The position numbers were made by a program, and so were the translations under genes. Source: a virus (Duplodnaviria > Caudoviricetes). Taken from it: 58,008 nt of DNA. The notes under the pieces are model-generated. The model saw only the letters and a list, made by a program, of their open reading frames with translations, ran no database searches and was not told the origin of the DNA. Location of the stretch: positions 1-58,008 of the IMG/VR virus record IMGVR_UViG_3300020432_000001. The stretch is one strand, 5' to 3'. Shown here one piece after another: positions 10,034 through 19,852 of this stretch (the stretch's first letter is position 1; each line of letters starts with the position of its first letter).

Positions 10034-11062
10034 ATGTTTAAAAAAATTATTTTAAGTTTATCTTTAATTGCAGTAGCAACAACTGTATATGCTAGAGAAC
10101 AGATTAGTATTGTAGGTTCATCTACAGTATATCCGTTTTCAACTATTGTTGCAGAAAAGTTTGCACAAGAAGGAAATGCAGCACCTATTGTAGAATCAAC
10201 TGGTTCAGGTGGTGGTATGAAATTGTTTTGTGCTGGCATTGGTCTGGAACATCCAGATATTACTAACGCTTCAAGAGCTATTAAGTCTAAAGAAGCAGCG
10301 ACTTGCAAAAAAAATGGTGTAGAATTTATAGAATTTGTTGTAGGTAATGATGGACTTGCATTTTCAAATTCATTAAATGGTAAGCAGTTTAATATTTCAA
10401 TAGCACATATTGCTGCAGCATTAGCTAAAGAATTACCAGGTGGTGGATTATATCCTGTATCTAATATGTCTGATAACTTATTAGTAACATGGGATCAAGT
10501 AGATTATTATGTACACAAACAAATAGGTCATCCTATAATGGGGTTACCTAATCAAGAGATAACTATCATGGTACCACCACCTACATCAGGTACTCGTGAT
10601 GCAATGGGATCTCTGTTTATGAAAAATGGATGGAAAAAATTAGGTCTTTATAAAGGCGATTCAAAAAACGGATATAAAGTTTTAAGAGAAGACGGTAGAG
10701 CTATTGAGATGGGTGAGAACGATAATCTTATAGTTGAAAAGTTGGTTGCTGATGATGATATGTTTGGTATATTTGGTTATTCATTTTATGATACAAACAG
10801 AGATAAGATTCAAGCATCTATAGTTGATGGTGTGGAATTATCTTTTGATAGTATATCTTCTTATAAATATCCAGGAGCTAGACCATTATTCTTTTATTTA
10901 AAGAGTATGCATTTAGATGTTATACCTGGACTAAGAAAGTATGTGAGTGAATTTATTTCAGAAAAAGCTATGAGTATAGATGGCTATTTATTTCCTGCAG
11001 GTCTTGTACCTTTATCTGATAGTGACTTTGCAAAACAAAAATCTAAATTAAATAATCTTTAA
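10034..11062 (+). CDS. pstS: Phosphate ABC transporter substrate-binding protein PstS (auxiliary metabolic gene)
   Basis: Signal peptide followed by IVGSSTVYPF, ESTGSGGG.KLFC, DITNASR, PPPTSGTRD, GIFGYSF and YPGARPLFFY. Confidence 0.93.
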   Translation: MFKKIILSLSLIAVATTVYAREQISIVGSSTVYPFSTIVAEKFAQEGNAAPIVESTGSGGGMKLFCAGIGLEHPDITNASRAIKSKEAATCKKNGVEFIEFVVGNDGLAFSNSLNGKQFNISIAHIAAALAKELPGGGLYPVSNMSDNLLVTWDQVDYYVHKQIGHPIMGLPNQEITIMVPPPTSGTRDAMGSLFMKNGWKKLGLYKGDSKNGYKVLREDGRAIEMGENDNLIVEKLVADDDMFGIFGYSFYDTNRDKIQASIVDGVELSFDSISSYKYPGARPLFFYLKSMHLDVIPGLRKYVSEFISEKAMSIDGYLFPAGLVPLSDSDFAKQKSKLNNL

Positions 11063-11165
11063 TATAAGGACTGTATAATGATAAGTAAATTTTTTAGGAG
11101 AAGATTTTTAGATTTTAATTATGACTATGTAGATTTTTCAAAATTGTTTAGCCGATATTAAATAT

Positions 11166-11214
11166 AAAAAAAATACCCCTAAGAGTATCATAAGATATTC
11201 TTAGGGGAGTTTTT
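11166..11214. terminator. Bidirectional intrinsic terminator between the converging plus and minus transcription units
   Basis: A-tract, then cccctaagagtatc-ataa-gatattcttagggg, then T-tract. Confidence 0.8.
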
Positions 11215-11476
11215 ATTTAGTTTCTTTACATTTTTGTAGAGCTTCACGTTTCCATTGACCCATATTCTTTAAGCCTTCTGGTTCTCTATTCTCACTTCTA
11301 TACCATTGAAGTCCTCTTTGGTATTCGTTTTCGATTATTAATTCATCCAACTCTTGAGCGCTCATTTGATTGTCAAGATCTGGATCCATTCCAAGACCTT
11401 TTAATGCCGTCTTTGTATCAGGTTCCAAACCTAATCTTACTGGAAGTATTCCTTTCTTATGCGAAGAAGTAGTCAC
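11213..11476 (-). CDS. Hypothetical protein downstream of the T7-like RNAP
   Basis: 87-aa ORF overlapping the RNAP stop and ending at the terminator. Confidence 0.65.
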   Translation of the reverse strand: MTTSSHKKGILPVRLGLEPDTKTALKGLGMDPDLDNQMSAQELDELIIENEYQRGLQWYRSENREPEGLKNMGQWKREALQKCKETK

Positions 11477-13646
11477 TGTTCTTTACCTCTCTAATATCTA
11501 AGCTGCCTAGCTTAGGTTGTTGATAGTTAAAATTATCTGGGTTTGTTACAATCATTCTTTCAATGACTTCAAAGAAGTTAGAATAGCTATACATTGTAAT
11601 GAATTCTTCTTTAATAAGATTTAGTAATTCATCTACATCACATGCATGTACACTATATGAATCATGAACTGCGCCAAAATCCCCTCCCCATTTAGCAATC
11701 ACTTTAGCCATATGTGCAGCATCCATAGAGTGCACAAAGTTAGGTGAGATACCAGACATAAAAGATCTTATCTTTGGTTTGTCTGTAGGTTCTTTACCGA
11801 CATGTTGTATTCTTATAGTATCAGTTTCTTCTTTGCTACCATCCTCTTTAGTTAAAATAGGTTTAACCTTTCTTTTACTACAGCTGATAATAGCTTTCTC
11901 TTTAAATTCATTCTCAACGAATGCTTCGTATATAACTGGAAACCCAGAAGGTGTAGTCCATCTTATAGACTTTTGTTTGATGTTCTTAGAATACTCTGAT
12001 GCTATCTCAGCTTCAGCAATCTTTTGTAAGAACTTCATTGTTTGTAGTGGACCTGCACAAACTTTATCTATTGCTTTAATTAAATGCTTAGCAAGTAATT
12101 CACAGTCCTCTTCAGTTATATTATACTTATTTAAATACCCTTCAACATGACAGTCAAGATACATATTTTCTGCAATCTTTTGTGCTCCAGCACTGTATGC
12201 TCGAGTCATTGAACCGCGTTTAGCTATACCTTTACGTATATGTTTCATTGGCATTTGTCTTTCTTCAAACCAATCAGGAACTCTTTTAATTAAATCTTTA
12301 GCACATTGTACATAAAAATCTTTTTGTATATCCTGTGGTACAATTCCAACTAACTCTCCTGCTTCTTTGTCTTTAGACATAGCACATAAATGCTGCCATC
12401 CATTATTAGAACCGTCAATTGGTATTGGAAGATAAGTAATATATTCTTCCTGATCTAGTGCATCTTTAATTTCTAATACACTAGCTAGCAAGCTAATAGG
12501 TTTCTCTGCATTAGGATCTATAATTTCTTTGTTAGCTATTTCTAATAGCCTATCAATATTATTATCGGTCCATGCTTCACGATCTTCTAACGTCATCTTA
12601 TCTACAGATATATCATCTAACTCTTCGTCTTTTAAGTAAGGTTTATAATCTGTTGTTAACCAGTTAGGTAAACTATCTTTATGATAAGTTTCATTATAGC
12701 ATACAGCTATATGAATCTTTAATCTTCTTAATCCTGCATCAGTCATAGGTTTACCTCTAGCAAAAAGCATTTGGCCTCTTGCTATATCGTTACCTTGAAA
12801 GTTTAGGAATGGTGTAGTATAATATATTCTACCACGATAATCTGCTTCAACATATTGATAAAATGTTTTGTTACCTATTAGTTTAGATCGTGCCATAGTT
12901 AAATCAAATTCTATTATCTTTGATTTATATTTCTTAGGAAAGTCTTTGTATTGATCTAGTATTTTATTTCGATTACGATTTAAAATATTACGAACTTTAT
13001 CATTAACTTTCCATTCAGTTTGCTGTAATACATTCATGCTTTTAATAAAGCTATTAGCTAGGTAAGGTTTAAACTCTTTGCTTCTATCATGTGTCCATCC
13101 TTTTATTACAGGTCGTTCAGTAGGTTGCATTAAAGAATTAATAGGTTCTGGCTTTTCAAATACAGTTCCTTTTAATAAATCCATACTACCTTCTGGCACA
13201 AGTAAATCCCACTTCTCTGGTATTACTATATAATGTGCGCGGCTTCTCTTTAAACTACGGTCTAAAGATTCTACTGGAATAAATGTGTTATCCCTGGTTT
13301 TACCTATATTAATTTGATGTGTTTGATAAAAAGGCTCTAAGAATAAATCCCCCATCATAACTCGAAGTTTAAACCAATCCCAAGGTGCATTATCTTTATT
13401 AGAATATTTTATTTCTGTTAAGATATGAGTGCCAATTGCTACACTTAAATGTGTAAGGTTAGCTTCACCTTGGTATGATTTGTTTCCTCTCATACTATTA
13501 CGAGCAAAGTGTTGTTGGATAGTGTCCATAGTAAATACTAAGTACGCTTTTAAATCTTCTAACGAAGTTTCTTTCAAAAGATTACAAGCAATATGTGCTT
13601 TAGATTTAGTAATCTTTTTCTTTAAGTATCCAAGTTGTTCCTCCAT
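11457..13646 (-). CDS. T7-like single-subunit DNA-dependent RNA polymerase (short, 729 aa)
   Basis: ADYRGRIY, PIDGSNNGWQHL (motif A), RKGIAKRGSMTRAYS (motif B), WTTPSGFPV, PNFVHSMDAAH and AVHDSY (motif C). Confidence 0.95.
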   Translation of the reverse strand: MEEQLGYLKKKITKSKAHIACNLLKETSLEDLKAYLVFTMDTIQQHFARNSMRGNKSYQGEANLTHLSVAIGTHILTEIKYSNKDNAPWDWFKLRVMMGDLFLEPFYQTHQINIGKTRDNTFIPVESLDRSLKRSRAHYIVIPEKWDLLVPEGSMDLLKGTVFEKPEPINSLMQPTERPVIKGWTHDRSKEFKPYLANSFIKSMNVLQQTEWKVNDKVRNILNRNRNKILDQYKDFPKKYKSKIIEFDLTMARSKLIGNKTFYQYVEADYRGRIYYTTPFLNFQGNDIARGQMLFARGKPMTDAGLRRLKIHIAVCYNETYHKDSLPNWLTTDYKPYLKDEELDDISVDKMTLEDREAWTDNNIDRLLEIANKEIIDPNAEKPISLLASVLEIKDALDQEEYITYLPIPIDGSNNGWQHLCAMSKDKEAGELVGIVPQDIQKDFYVQCAKDLIKRVPDWFEERQMPMKHIRKGIAKRGSMTRAYSAGAQKIAENMYLDCHVEGYLNKYNITEEDCELLAKHLIKAIDKVCAGPLQTMKFLQKIAEAEIASEYSKNIKQKSIRWTTPSGFPVIYEAFVENEFKEKAIISCSKRKVKPILTKEDGSKEETDTIRIQHVGKEPTDKPKIRSFMSGISPNFVHSMDAAHMAKVIAKWGGDFGAVHDSYSVHACDVDELLNLIKEEFITMYSYSNFFEVIERMIVTNPDNFNYQQPKLGSLDIREVKNSDYFFA

Positions 13647-14077
13647 TTATTGCCCTTTACTTTTATGTTATTATTTAATAGTAATAATATACCTGCTTCA
13701 TCAGTATATGTTTCACTGAAAAGAACTCTTGTTATACCTGCTTGCATTATAAGTTTAGCGCATTCAATACAAGGTGAGAGAGTGCTATATAATGTAGCAC
13801 CCTCTGAACTTACTGTCCCCTTTGCTAACTTACATAATGCATTAGCTTCTGCATGTATAACTTCTTTTCTTGTAGAGCCATTAGCATTTTTACATTCATT
13901 ATCCATACCCGCAGGCATACCATTAAATCCGAATGCAAGTATATTATTATCTTTAACAACTACGACACCAACTTTATTGTCGGTATCGTGTGACATGTTA
14001 CTTACTTCCTTAGCAATATTTAAATACAAGTTATCATATCTAGCTTGTTTAGTTATTGCATTTGTGTAGTTACTCAT
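13622..14077 (-). CDS. dCMP deaminase
   Basis: KVGVVVV, GFNG, IHAEANAL and TLSPCIECAK zinc motifs. Confidence 0.92.
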   Translation of the reverse strand: MSNYTNAITKQARYDNLYLNIAKEVSNMSHDTDNKVGVVVVKDNNILAFGFNGMPAGMDNECKNANGSTRKEVIHAEANALCKLAKGTVSSEGATLYSTLSPCIECAKLIMQAGITRVLFSETYTDEAGILLLLNNNIKVKGNKWRNNLDT

Positions 14078-15717
14078 TAGATCTCCATAAATACATTATC
14101 AGTAGATGTTAGTCTACCAGTTTTAGTATTATATATAGCTGCACCTGCTGAACCAGTAAGACCTGTAAATCTAGATTTCAATACTCTAAACTTAATTGTA
14201 TTACGTTCAGTTGCATTATCAGCTACTAGGTTTCTAGCGAATGCTACTATATCAAATGATATTTGTTTGATAGAACCACTACCTTTAATATCATCTATAG
14301 AAGCTAGCTTACCTTCCTCGAATGAAGCACCACCACCTGGAGCTTTTCTTAAGTGTGAGATTAAACATAACCATACATTATGTTTCTTAACAATCTTAAG
14401 TAAGTCACTCATTACTTTATCGATTGCTTCGTTACCAGATAAACCTTCAGCGCCTTCTGATACCGCTATAGTTATATGGTCTAGCACTAGGTATTTACAA
14501 CCCATTAAACACATATACTCTATCTTATCTGTTAGTGTTGAGTCACCAACAGAACCTTGATGATCTAGTAATATTAATCGTTCATCACCAAATACTTTTT
14601 CAAAACCTTGTCGTAAATCAAGATCTGAAAGATTGTTAGTTTCATGATCTAGCTTTTGATTTAATGACATTTCAATAAACTTTTCAGCTGTATCACCTAC
14701 ACTTTCTTCAAGTGATATTAAGCCAACTTTGTTTTCTTCTATAACACCATCTGCATCTGGTTTATCATCAAGCAAATCAAGTATAATCTCTTTAACTATT
14801 GTTGATTTACCAGAGCCAGTGCCACTAGTAAACAAAGTAATTTCACCTTGTCTTATGCCTTTAAGTTTATCATTTAAACCTGTTAAGCATTTAGGATAAG
14901 GTCTAGACTTTGTTCTTTGTCTTTGCTGGAACTGATCCCATATAGATTCACCCATTACTAAACCAGCGGGTGACCAGGTTTCTGCATCCCAGTAGCTTTG
15001 TAATAAACTTTGAGGCCCATGTTTTAGTAGTTGTTCACATGGATCTTTTTCTAATAGCTTAGCTACTTTAACTTTACCAGCACCGATTATTTTAGCAACT
15101 TTCTGTATTGCTGCTTGACCAGCTTCATCTTTATCAAAGAATAATATTACTGATTCAAATCGTCTGATCCAATCTCGTTGTGCTAGTACTGTTTTACAAC
15201 CTGTAGCACTAGGCATAGATACTACTGGAAATATTCTTTTATATTTATGTAGAAATGCCTGAGCTACTGCGCAAGCATCTAGTTCGCCTTCAGTTATTAC
15301 AAGTGTTTTACCACCACTAGCAACTGATTGGCCAAATAATTCTACATTAACAAAGCTACCGTGTGTTACAAAACTTTTAGGTAACTTACGTTCTTTGTAG
15401 GCTTCTATCTTACCTTCATAAGTATAAGGATAAAAGTGTGAACCACCAGAACCGTCAGGATTTACAGCCATCTTAATTCCGAAATGATCTACTACTTGTT
15501 TTGATATACCACGACTATTAATAGGAAAACTATTTAAGTCATGAATTTCATCGAGTGTTATGTTACTATTAGGTTTAGCAACAGGTTCTAAATCATTCAT
15601 AATATTTACTTTCTTTGTTGTATATTGACATGAAAAACAGTATGCTCCATCTTCGTATATTGTAAATGCATCAGATGAATCACACTTTGGGCAGGCAGTT
15701 TGTTTATACCTTGACAC
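14077..15717 (-). CDS. T7 gp4-like primase-helicase
   Basis: N-terminal Zn finger CPKC..CFSC, TOPRIM ITEGELDA and FDKDEAG, Walker A SGTGSGKST, LDHI, and KGSGSIKQ. Confidence 0.95.
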   Translation of the reverse strand: MSRYKQTACPKCDSSDAFTIYEDGAYCFSCQYTTKKVNIMNDLEPVAKPNSNITLDEIHDLNSFPINSRGISKQVVDHFGIKMAVNPDGSGGSHFYPYTYEGKIEAYKERKLPKSFVTHGSFVNVELFGQSVASGGKTLVITEGELDACAVAQAFLHKYKRIFPVVSMPSATGCKTVLAQRDWIRRFESVILFFDKDEAGQAAIQKVAKIIGAGKVKVAKLLEKDPCEQLLKHGPQSLLQSYWDAETWSPAGLVMGESIWDQFQQRQRTKSRPYPKCLTGLNDKLKGIRQGEITLFTSGTGSGKSTIVKEIILDLLDDKPDADGVIEENKVGLISLEESVGDTAEKFIEMSLNQKLDHETNNLSDLDLRQGFEKVFGDERLILLDHQGSVGDSTLTDKIEYMCLMGCKYLVLDHITIAVSEGAEGLSGNEAIDKVMSDLLKIVKKHNVWLCLISHLRKAPGGGASFEEGKLASIDDIKGSGSIKQISFDIVAFARNLVADNATERNTIKFRVLKSRFTGLTGSAGAAIYNTKTGRLTSTDNVFMEI

Positions 15718-16132
15718 TGAGTACCGTCCTTTCTAACAACTCTTCGTCGTTTACTATTTCTAAAGGTATTTGTTCAGGCCATCGTTCGACTTTAACAAAT
15801 AAATATTCATTACCTTTAGCTACTATTTGTTTATCTAATGTTATGTGATAAACTTTATTGTCATTAAATTCTTCAAAGATACCTTGGTATGTATCTAATA
15901 GTGGCTTAACTACATTATCTAGGTCTGCCATTTTATTAGATACACCCGCAATAATAACAAATTCTAATTGATCAGATTTTTCAAAGGGCCATTCGACCCC
16001 TTGAAGTTCATCTCTTAATTCGTTTTGATAATCAATGTACTTAGCCGACTTTATCGACTTGTTCCTGTATGTCATTTGATTTGCGGATAGTGGCTTTACT
16101 TTGAATGTGTGCTTTAATATCTTCATATTCAC
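15704..16132 (-). CDS. rusA: RusA-like Holliday junction resolvase
   Basis: KPLSAN and DLDNVVKPLLD..FNDNKV RusA-type motifs. Confidence 0.8.
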   Translation of the reverse strand: MNMKILKHTFKVKPLSANQMTYRNKSIKSAKYIDYQNELRDELQGVEWPFEKSDQLEFVIIAGVSNKMADLDNVVKPLLDTYQGIFEEFNDNKVYHITLDKQIVAKGNEYLFVKVERWPEQIPLEIVNDEELLERTVLSVKV

Positions 16133-16829
16133 TCCACGATTTAAGCATAGCTAATAACCTATGACTTAGCTTAAGTTCTTTTTCAGATCTTTCATGCTCT
16201 TTCCAGGTTGCTTTAACCTTATTCCATTGCCTCGATAGTGGTACGCCAGCTAATATCTTTTCAGCTTTCTTTGGTCCAATACCTTTAAGCCCTGGTATAT
16301 TATCTATATTATCACCAGTTAAACATTGAATATAAAAGTTATGCAATGCTTCTTCTTCATTAACTAGTTGCCAAGTATCTTTACCATAGTTATAATGTTG
16401 ACCAGGTATTTGAAGTAAGTCTTTATCAATACCACAGATTACATATTCTTCATTGTTATCTATAGCTTCATAAGCCCATATAGAAACTAAGTCATCAGCT
16501 TCCATACCGTCTGCTTGAATAGCACCTTTAGATACAGCATACTTATGTAAATAGTTTAAGCTGTCTCTTATTTTCTTATCAAGTTCAGGACGATTAGATT
16601 TATAATCAGGACTTATATCTTTTCTAAAATTACCTTTACCTTTAACGGCATATAAAATATTTAGTTGCTCGTTATCATTAAATAGATTAGTAATTTTATT
16701 CTTGACTTCTAATTCCATGTTTCTACAGAATGCATTATAACTTCGTCTTAGTTGAGCTTGAGACTTAGCTTTGTATGCTATCTTAAAGAATATAGAATCA
16801 GTATCTACAAACATGTGTTTAGTTTCCAT
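16041..16829 (-). CDS. 5'-3' exonuclease (T7 gp6 / PIN-FEN family)
   Basis: VDTDS, NFRK..YKSNR, EADD, DKDLLQIPG and GDNIDNIPGLKGIGPKKA (H3TH). Confidence 0.92.
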   Translation of the reverse strand: METKHMFVDTDSIFFKIAYKAKSQAQLRRSYNAFCRNMELEVKNKITNLFNDNEQLNILYAVKGKGNFRKDISPDYKSNRPELDKKIRDSLNYLHKYAVSKGAIQADGMEADDLVSIWAYEAIDNNEEYVICGIDKDLLQIPGQHYNYGKDTWQLVNEEEALHNFYIQCLTGDNIDNIPGLKGIGPKKAEKILAGVPLSRQWNKVKATWKEHERSEKELKLSHRLLAMLKSWSEYEDIKAHIQSKATIRKSNDIQEQVDKVG

Positions 16830-17295
16830 GTACTTCCTTTCTTTTTAAATGCTTACGAATATCTGCATAAAAACCGTTATATTTAGAAGGTTTAATTATA
16901 TCCATTAGTTCCCAGTATTCTAGTATACCAAGCGTATTAACTTTAACCATATCACCTGCAACTAATAATCTTTCAGGTCTATTATTCCATTCGCAAAAGA
17001 AAAAGTTATCTGTTAGTTCTCTTTGCTTTAATAAATAAACCATTTTATTGCATGGAATATTATACCAGGTTTTAATAAATTTAACATCGACATTACCATA
17101 TATTTGATCGACGCCATCAACTTGCCAATCAATATGATCTTGCCAAGTACCTTTATCAATCATCCACCACTCAAATATTTCACATTCAATATCAAGTTTT
17201 AATCGTTCGAATGATCTACCTCTTGGATTATATATTTCAGCGCGAGCATCACGTTGATTAATAAAATCTTTTGTTACATTAATATCTACAATCAT
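16819..17295 (-). CDS. Hypothetical protein, possible PD-(D/E)xK nuclease
   Basis: 158 aa, translationally coupled between polA and the exonuclease. E..E...VDG....VDVK spacing. Confidence 0.5.
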   Translation of the reverse strand: MIVDINVTKDFINQRDARAEIYNPRGRSFERLKLDIECEIFEWWMIDKGTWQDHIDWQVDGVDQIYGNVDVKFIKTWYNIPCNKMVYLLKQRELTDNFFFCEWNNRPERLLVAGDMVKVNTLGILEYWELMDIIKPSKYNGFYADIRKHLKRKEVHGN

Positions 17296-19130
17296 TAGTG
17301 TACCTCCGCATAGTTATTACCAATTGTACCTTCACCTGCCATAATATCTACGCCCATTTCTTTAGGACCTTCAGCAAATGATTCTGTAAGTATTTCTAAT
17401 ACTCTATCAGCATCTTCTTCTGCTACTGACCATGCTACTTCATCGTGATAATAAAGTCTAGGTTCAGCATCAAGATTTTCTGATTTAATTTTATTCATTT
17501 GATAATGTAATGCAGCTTTTGTAGTTATAGCTTCACAACTTTGTAACAAATAATTAAGTGTTTGATAGTCTTGTGGTACATAAACTTTACGGCCATCAAG
17601 ACCAGGAACATAACCTTCAACAGTAGAACTATGACAATCTGTTACACTCCACATTGAAACTAATTTATCTTTTAATGCTTTCAAACCAGGTATAGCATTA
17701 CCATACTTTTCTATAGATTGTTTACCTGCATTTAGATTACCCTTACCTGTAAGCACTTTACCAAGTTTAGTTGCACCAGCACCAAATAGAAATGCATAGA
17801 TCCAGGTTTTTGCAGTACGTCTATCAGTATCAATAATGTCTGCATTATACTGATGTATATCCCCACTAAGTATTTGATTTGTAAGGTTTTTATCTTTAAC
17901 ATAATGCGCAAGAGATCTGAATTGATTACCACTAGAGTCAGCACCTACTATTTTTCTTCCAGGTTCTGCTGTTAGTAATTCTCTAATTGATTTACCAAGT
18001 TTAGCATTAGCTGCTGGAAGATTAGCAATAACTTCATGACGACATCTGAATGTAGGTGTACCTATTATCCATAGTTTACCATGTAATCTATTATTCTTTA
18101 AGTTATTAAGCCAGCCTTCAACAACGCCTCTACGTGATCTAAGTGTAGTCCATTCATCAATCATTTTACCTTTATCACCAAGCTTTTCTAATGAAGTTGA
18201 TGTAAGTTTAGGTGTTTTCTTAATGAACTCTCTACCTAATCTTTCCATTTTCCAATCATCAGGTTCCCATCCAATTGAATATAAGTATTCTTTAACTTGT
18301 GCAAGATTACCCATGTTAGCTTTCTTAGTTTCTTTTCTTTGAAACTCTCTACCAGCTGCCCATTTAAATGTATGATTAGGTTTAACTTCTTGATTAAGAA
18401 ATTCACTTAGCATACGTGCAGTAGCTGCAGTATATTCACCTTTCTTAGTAAACTTAGGTGTCTTAGGTTTCTTATCAATTAATCTAATAACTGGTGGTAG
18501 CTCAGGTTCAATTACTTTTTCGATAGCATTCATGTTGTTTTCAATATCATCTAATAATAAATTAGCTTTATCTTTATTGAAAGCCCAACCATAGTATTGA
18601 CAATATGCATCAAACTTAGCAGCAGTCATTTCATTTCGTAAACCTTTACGTATTAAATGATTTTTCTGTGATATTCTATTTAATTCTGATATAAGATGAC
18701 CATATATTACAGAGTTTAATTTAACATCTCTTACGCAATACTCCATCATTCTATCAGAAAAATGTGACCAATCATCATAGCTACCTTTATGATATTTAAG
18801 ATGCTCACCCCATCCAGCTAACCCATGTTTATGTGGTCGTCTGTAATTTAATACTTGAGATGCTATCCATGTATCAAAGAATTTATTACCTTGATACAAA
18901 TCAATATTATATAATCTTTTAATTACTAATGCATCAAAACCAATACCATTATGCGCTATTAATAAGTTTGCATTTTGTAATAGTGATAGGCCCATTTCAA
19001 TAGGCCCATCATATTTATCGGATTCATTAGTATATTTCATGATACGACCTGTATCTATGTTTTGTATTACTAAACACCATATCTTAGTCGCATCTAGACC
19101 GTCAGTTTCTATATCAAACGTTAGCCTCAT
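17295..19130 (-). CDS. polA: Family A DNA polymerase (T7 gp5-like) with 3'-5' exonuclease; likely start MRLTFDIETDG at 19130
   Basis: Exo motifs DIETDG, HNGIGFD and YCVRDV. Motif A DSSGNQFR, motif B RRTAKTWIYAFLFG, motif C YHDEV. Confidence 0.95.
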   Translation of the reverse strand: MRLTFDIETDGLDATKIWCLVIQNIDTGRIMKYTNESDKYDGPIEMGLSLLQNANLLIAHNGIGFDALVIKRLYNIDLYQGNKFFDTWIASQVLNYRRPHKHGLAGWGEHLKYHKGSYDDWSHFSDRMMEYCVRDVKLNSVIYGHLISELNRISQKNHLIRKGLRNEMTAAKFDAYCQYYGWAFNKDKANLLLDDIENNMNAIEKVIEPELPPVIRLIDKKPKTPKFTKKGEYTAATARMLSEFLNQEVKPNHTFKWAAGREFQRKETKKANMGNLAQVKEYLYSIGWEPDDWKMERLGREFIKKTPKLTSTSLEKLGDKGKMIDEWTTLRSRRGVVEGWLNNLKNNRLHGKLWIIGTPTFRCRHEVIANLPAANAKLGKSIRELLTAEPGRKIVGADSSGNQFRSLAHYVKDKNLTNQILSGDIHQYNADIIDTDRRTAKTWIYAFLFGAGATKLGKVLTGKGNLNAGKQSIEKYGNAIPGLKALKDKLVSMWSVTDCHSSTVEGYVPGLDGRKVYVPQDYQTLNYLLQSCEAITTKAALHYQMNKIKSENLDAEPRLYYHDEVAWSVAEEDADRVLEILTESFAEGPKEMGVDIMAGEGTIGNNYAEVH

Positions 19131-19308
19131 TATTAGCCTTTCTGCTAGCTTCAAGCTCAGCTTTAAGTTGTTGATTTTCTTGCATTAAATTATTGAATAC
19201 ATTTAATAACAAGAATTTATTTTCGTCACCTATTATTGCTTTTCTAACATCATCAACCGTTACAGGTTTGCTATCAGCAACATTAGTTTTTTGTAAATCG
19301 TCACTCAT
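19114..19308 (-). CDS. Small coiled-coil hypothetical protein
   Basis: 64 aa with a clear AAGGAG SD. Confidence 0.7.
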   Translation of the reverse strand: MSDDLQKTNVADSKPVTVDDVRKAIIGDENKFLLLNVFNNLMQENQQLKAELEASRKANNEANV

Positions 19309-19318
19309 ATATTACTCC

Positions 19319-19852
19319 TTATTCATATTGTGAGTTTGCTACTTGACCTTTAAATTCATTTTCAAGATCGCGTTTTTCTCTTAACATTTGAAGTCTTTCT
19401 TTTTCTGATTCAAATATATCTGATAGTATTCCGCAATCATATTTAGTTATTTCAGGTCCTTTCCAACCTTCTGGTTTAACCATATCTGGTAAACCAAATG
19501 GATTCTTCCTGGATTTATTTGCTCCAGGTTCTTTAGCCATATTAGATTTATGTACTTCTTTCCATACTTTATCAGCATCACAATTAAATAATTCTAATGT
19601 ACCTATTGCAATAACAATAAGATCAATTAAACCATCAACTACTTCTTTGTGATCTTTATTTAAGAAAGCTGCTTGAGTTTCTTCAAACTCTTCTTCTAAG
19701 AAGTCTAATCTAAATGCTAAGAAATCATTTAATAATTTAAAATTTCTTGCTTCGAATTGGCGTCTAACCCATTCTTTAGCACCGAATTTATCATGCATGA
19801 TTCTAATATCATCATACCATTCTGAATAATTTTCGTTACGTTTTAAGCTCAT
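19319..19852 (-). CDS. MazG-like all-alpha (d)NTP pyrophosphohydrolase
   Basis: FLEEEFEET..EVVDGLIDLIVIAIG..EVHKSNMAK..KPEGWKGP, typical of phage MazG/PRA-PH-like NTP-PPases. Confidence 0.85.
   Translation of the reverse strand: MSLKRNENYSEWYDDIRIMHDKFGAKEWVRRQFEARNFKLLNDFLAFRLDFLEEEFEETQAAFLNKDHKEVVDGLIDLIVIAIGTLELFNCDADKVWKEVHKSNMAKEPGANKSRKNPFGLPDMVKPEGWKGPEITKYDCGILSDIFESEKERLQMLREKRDLENEFKGQVANSQYE

Noticed and set aside
11078-11161. 27-codon ORF after pstS (MISKFFRRRFLDFNYDYVDFSKLFSRY)
   Set aside because: It has a plausible TAAGGA SD but is too short to support without homologues.
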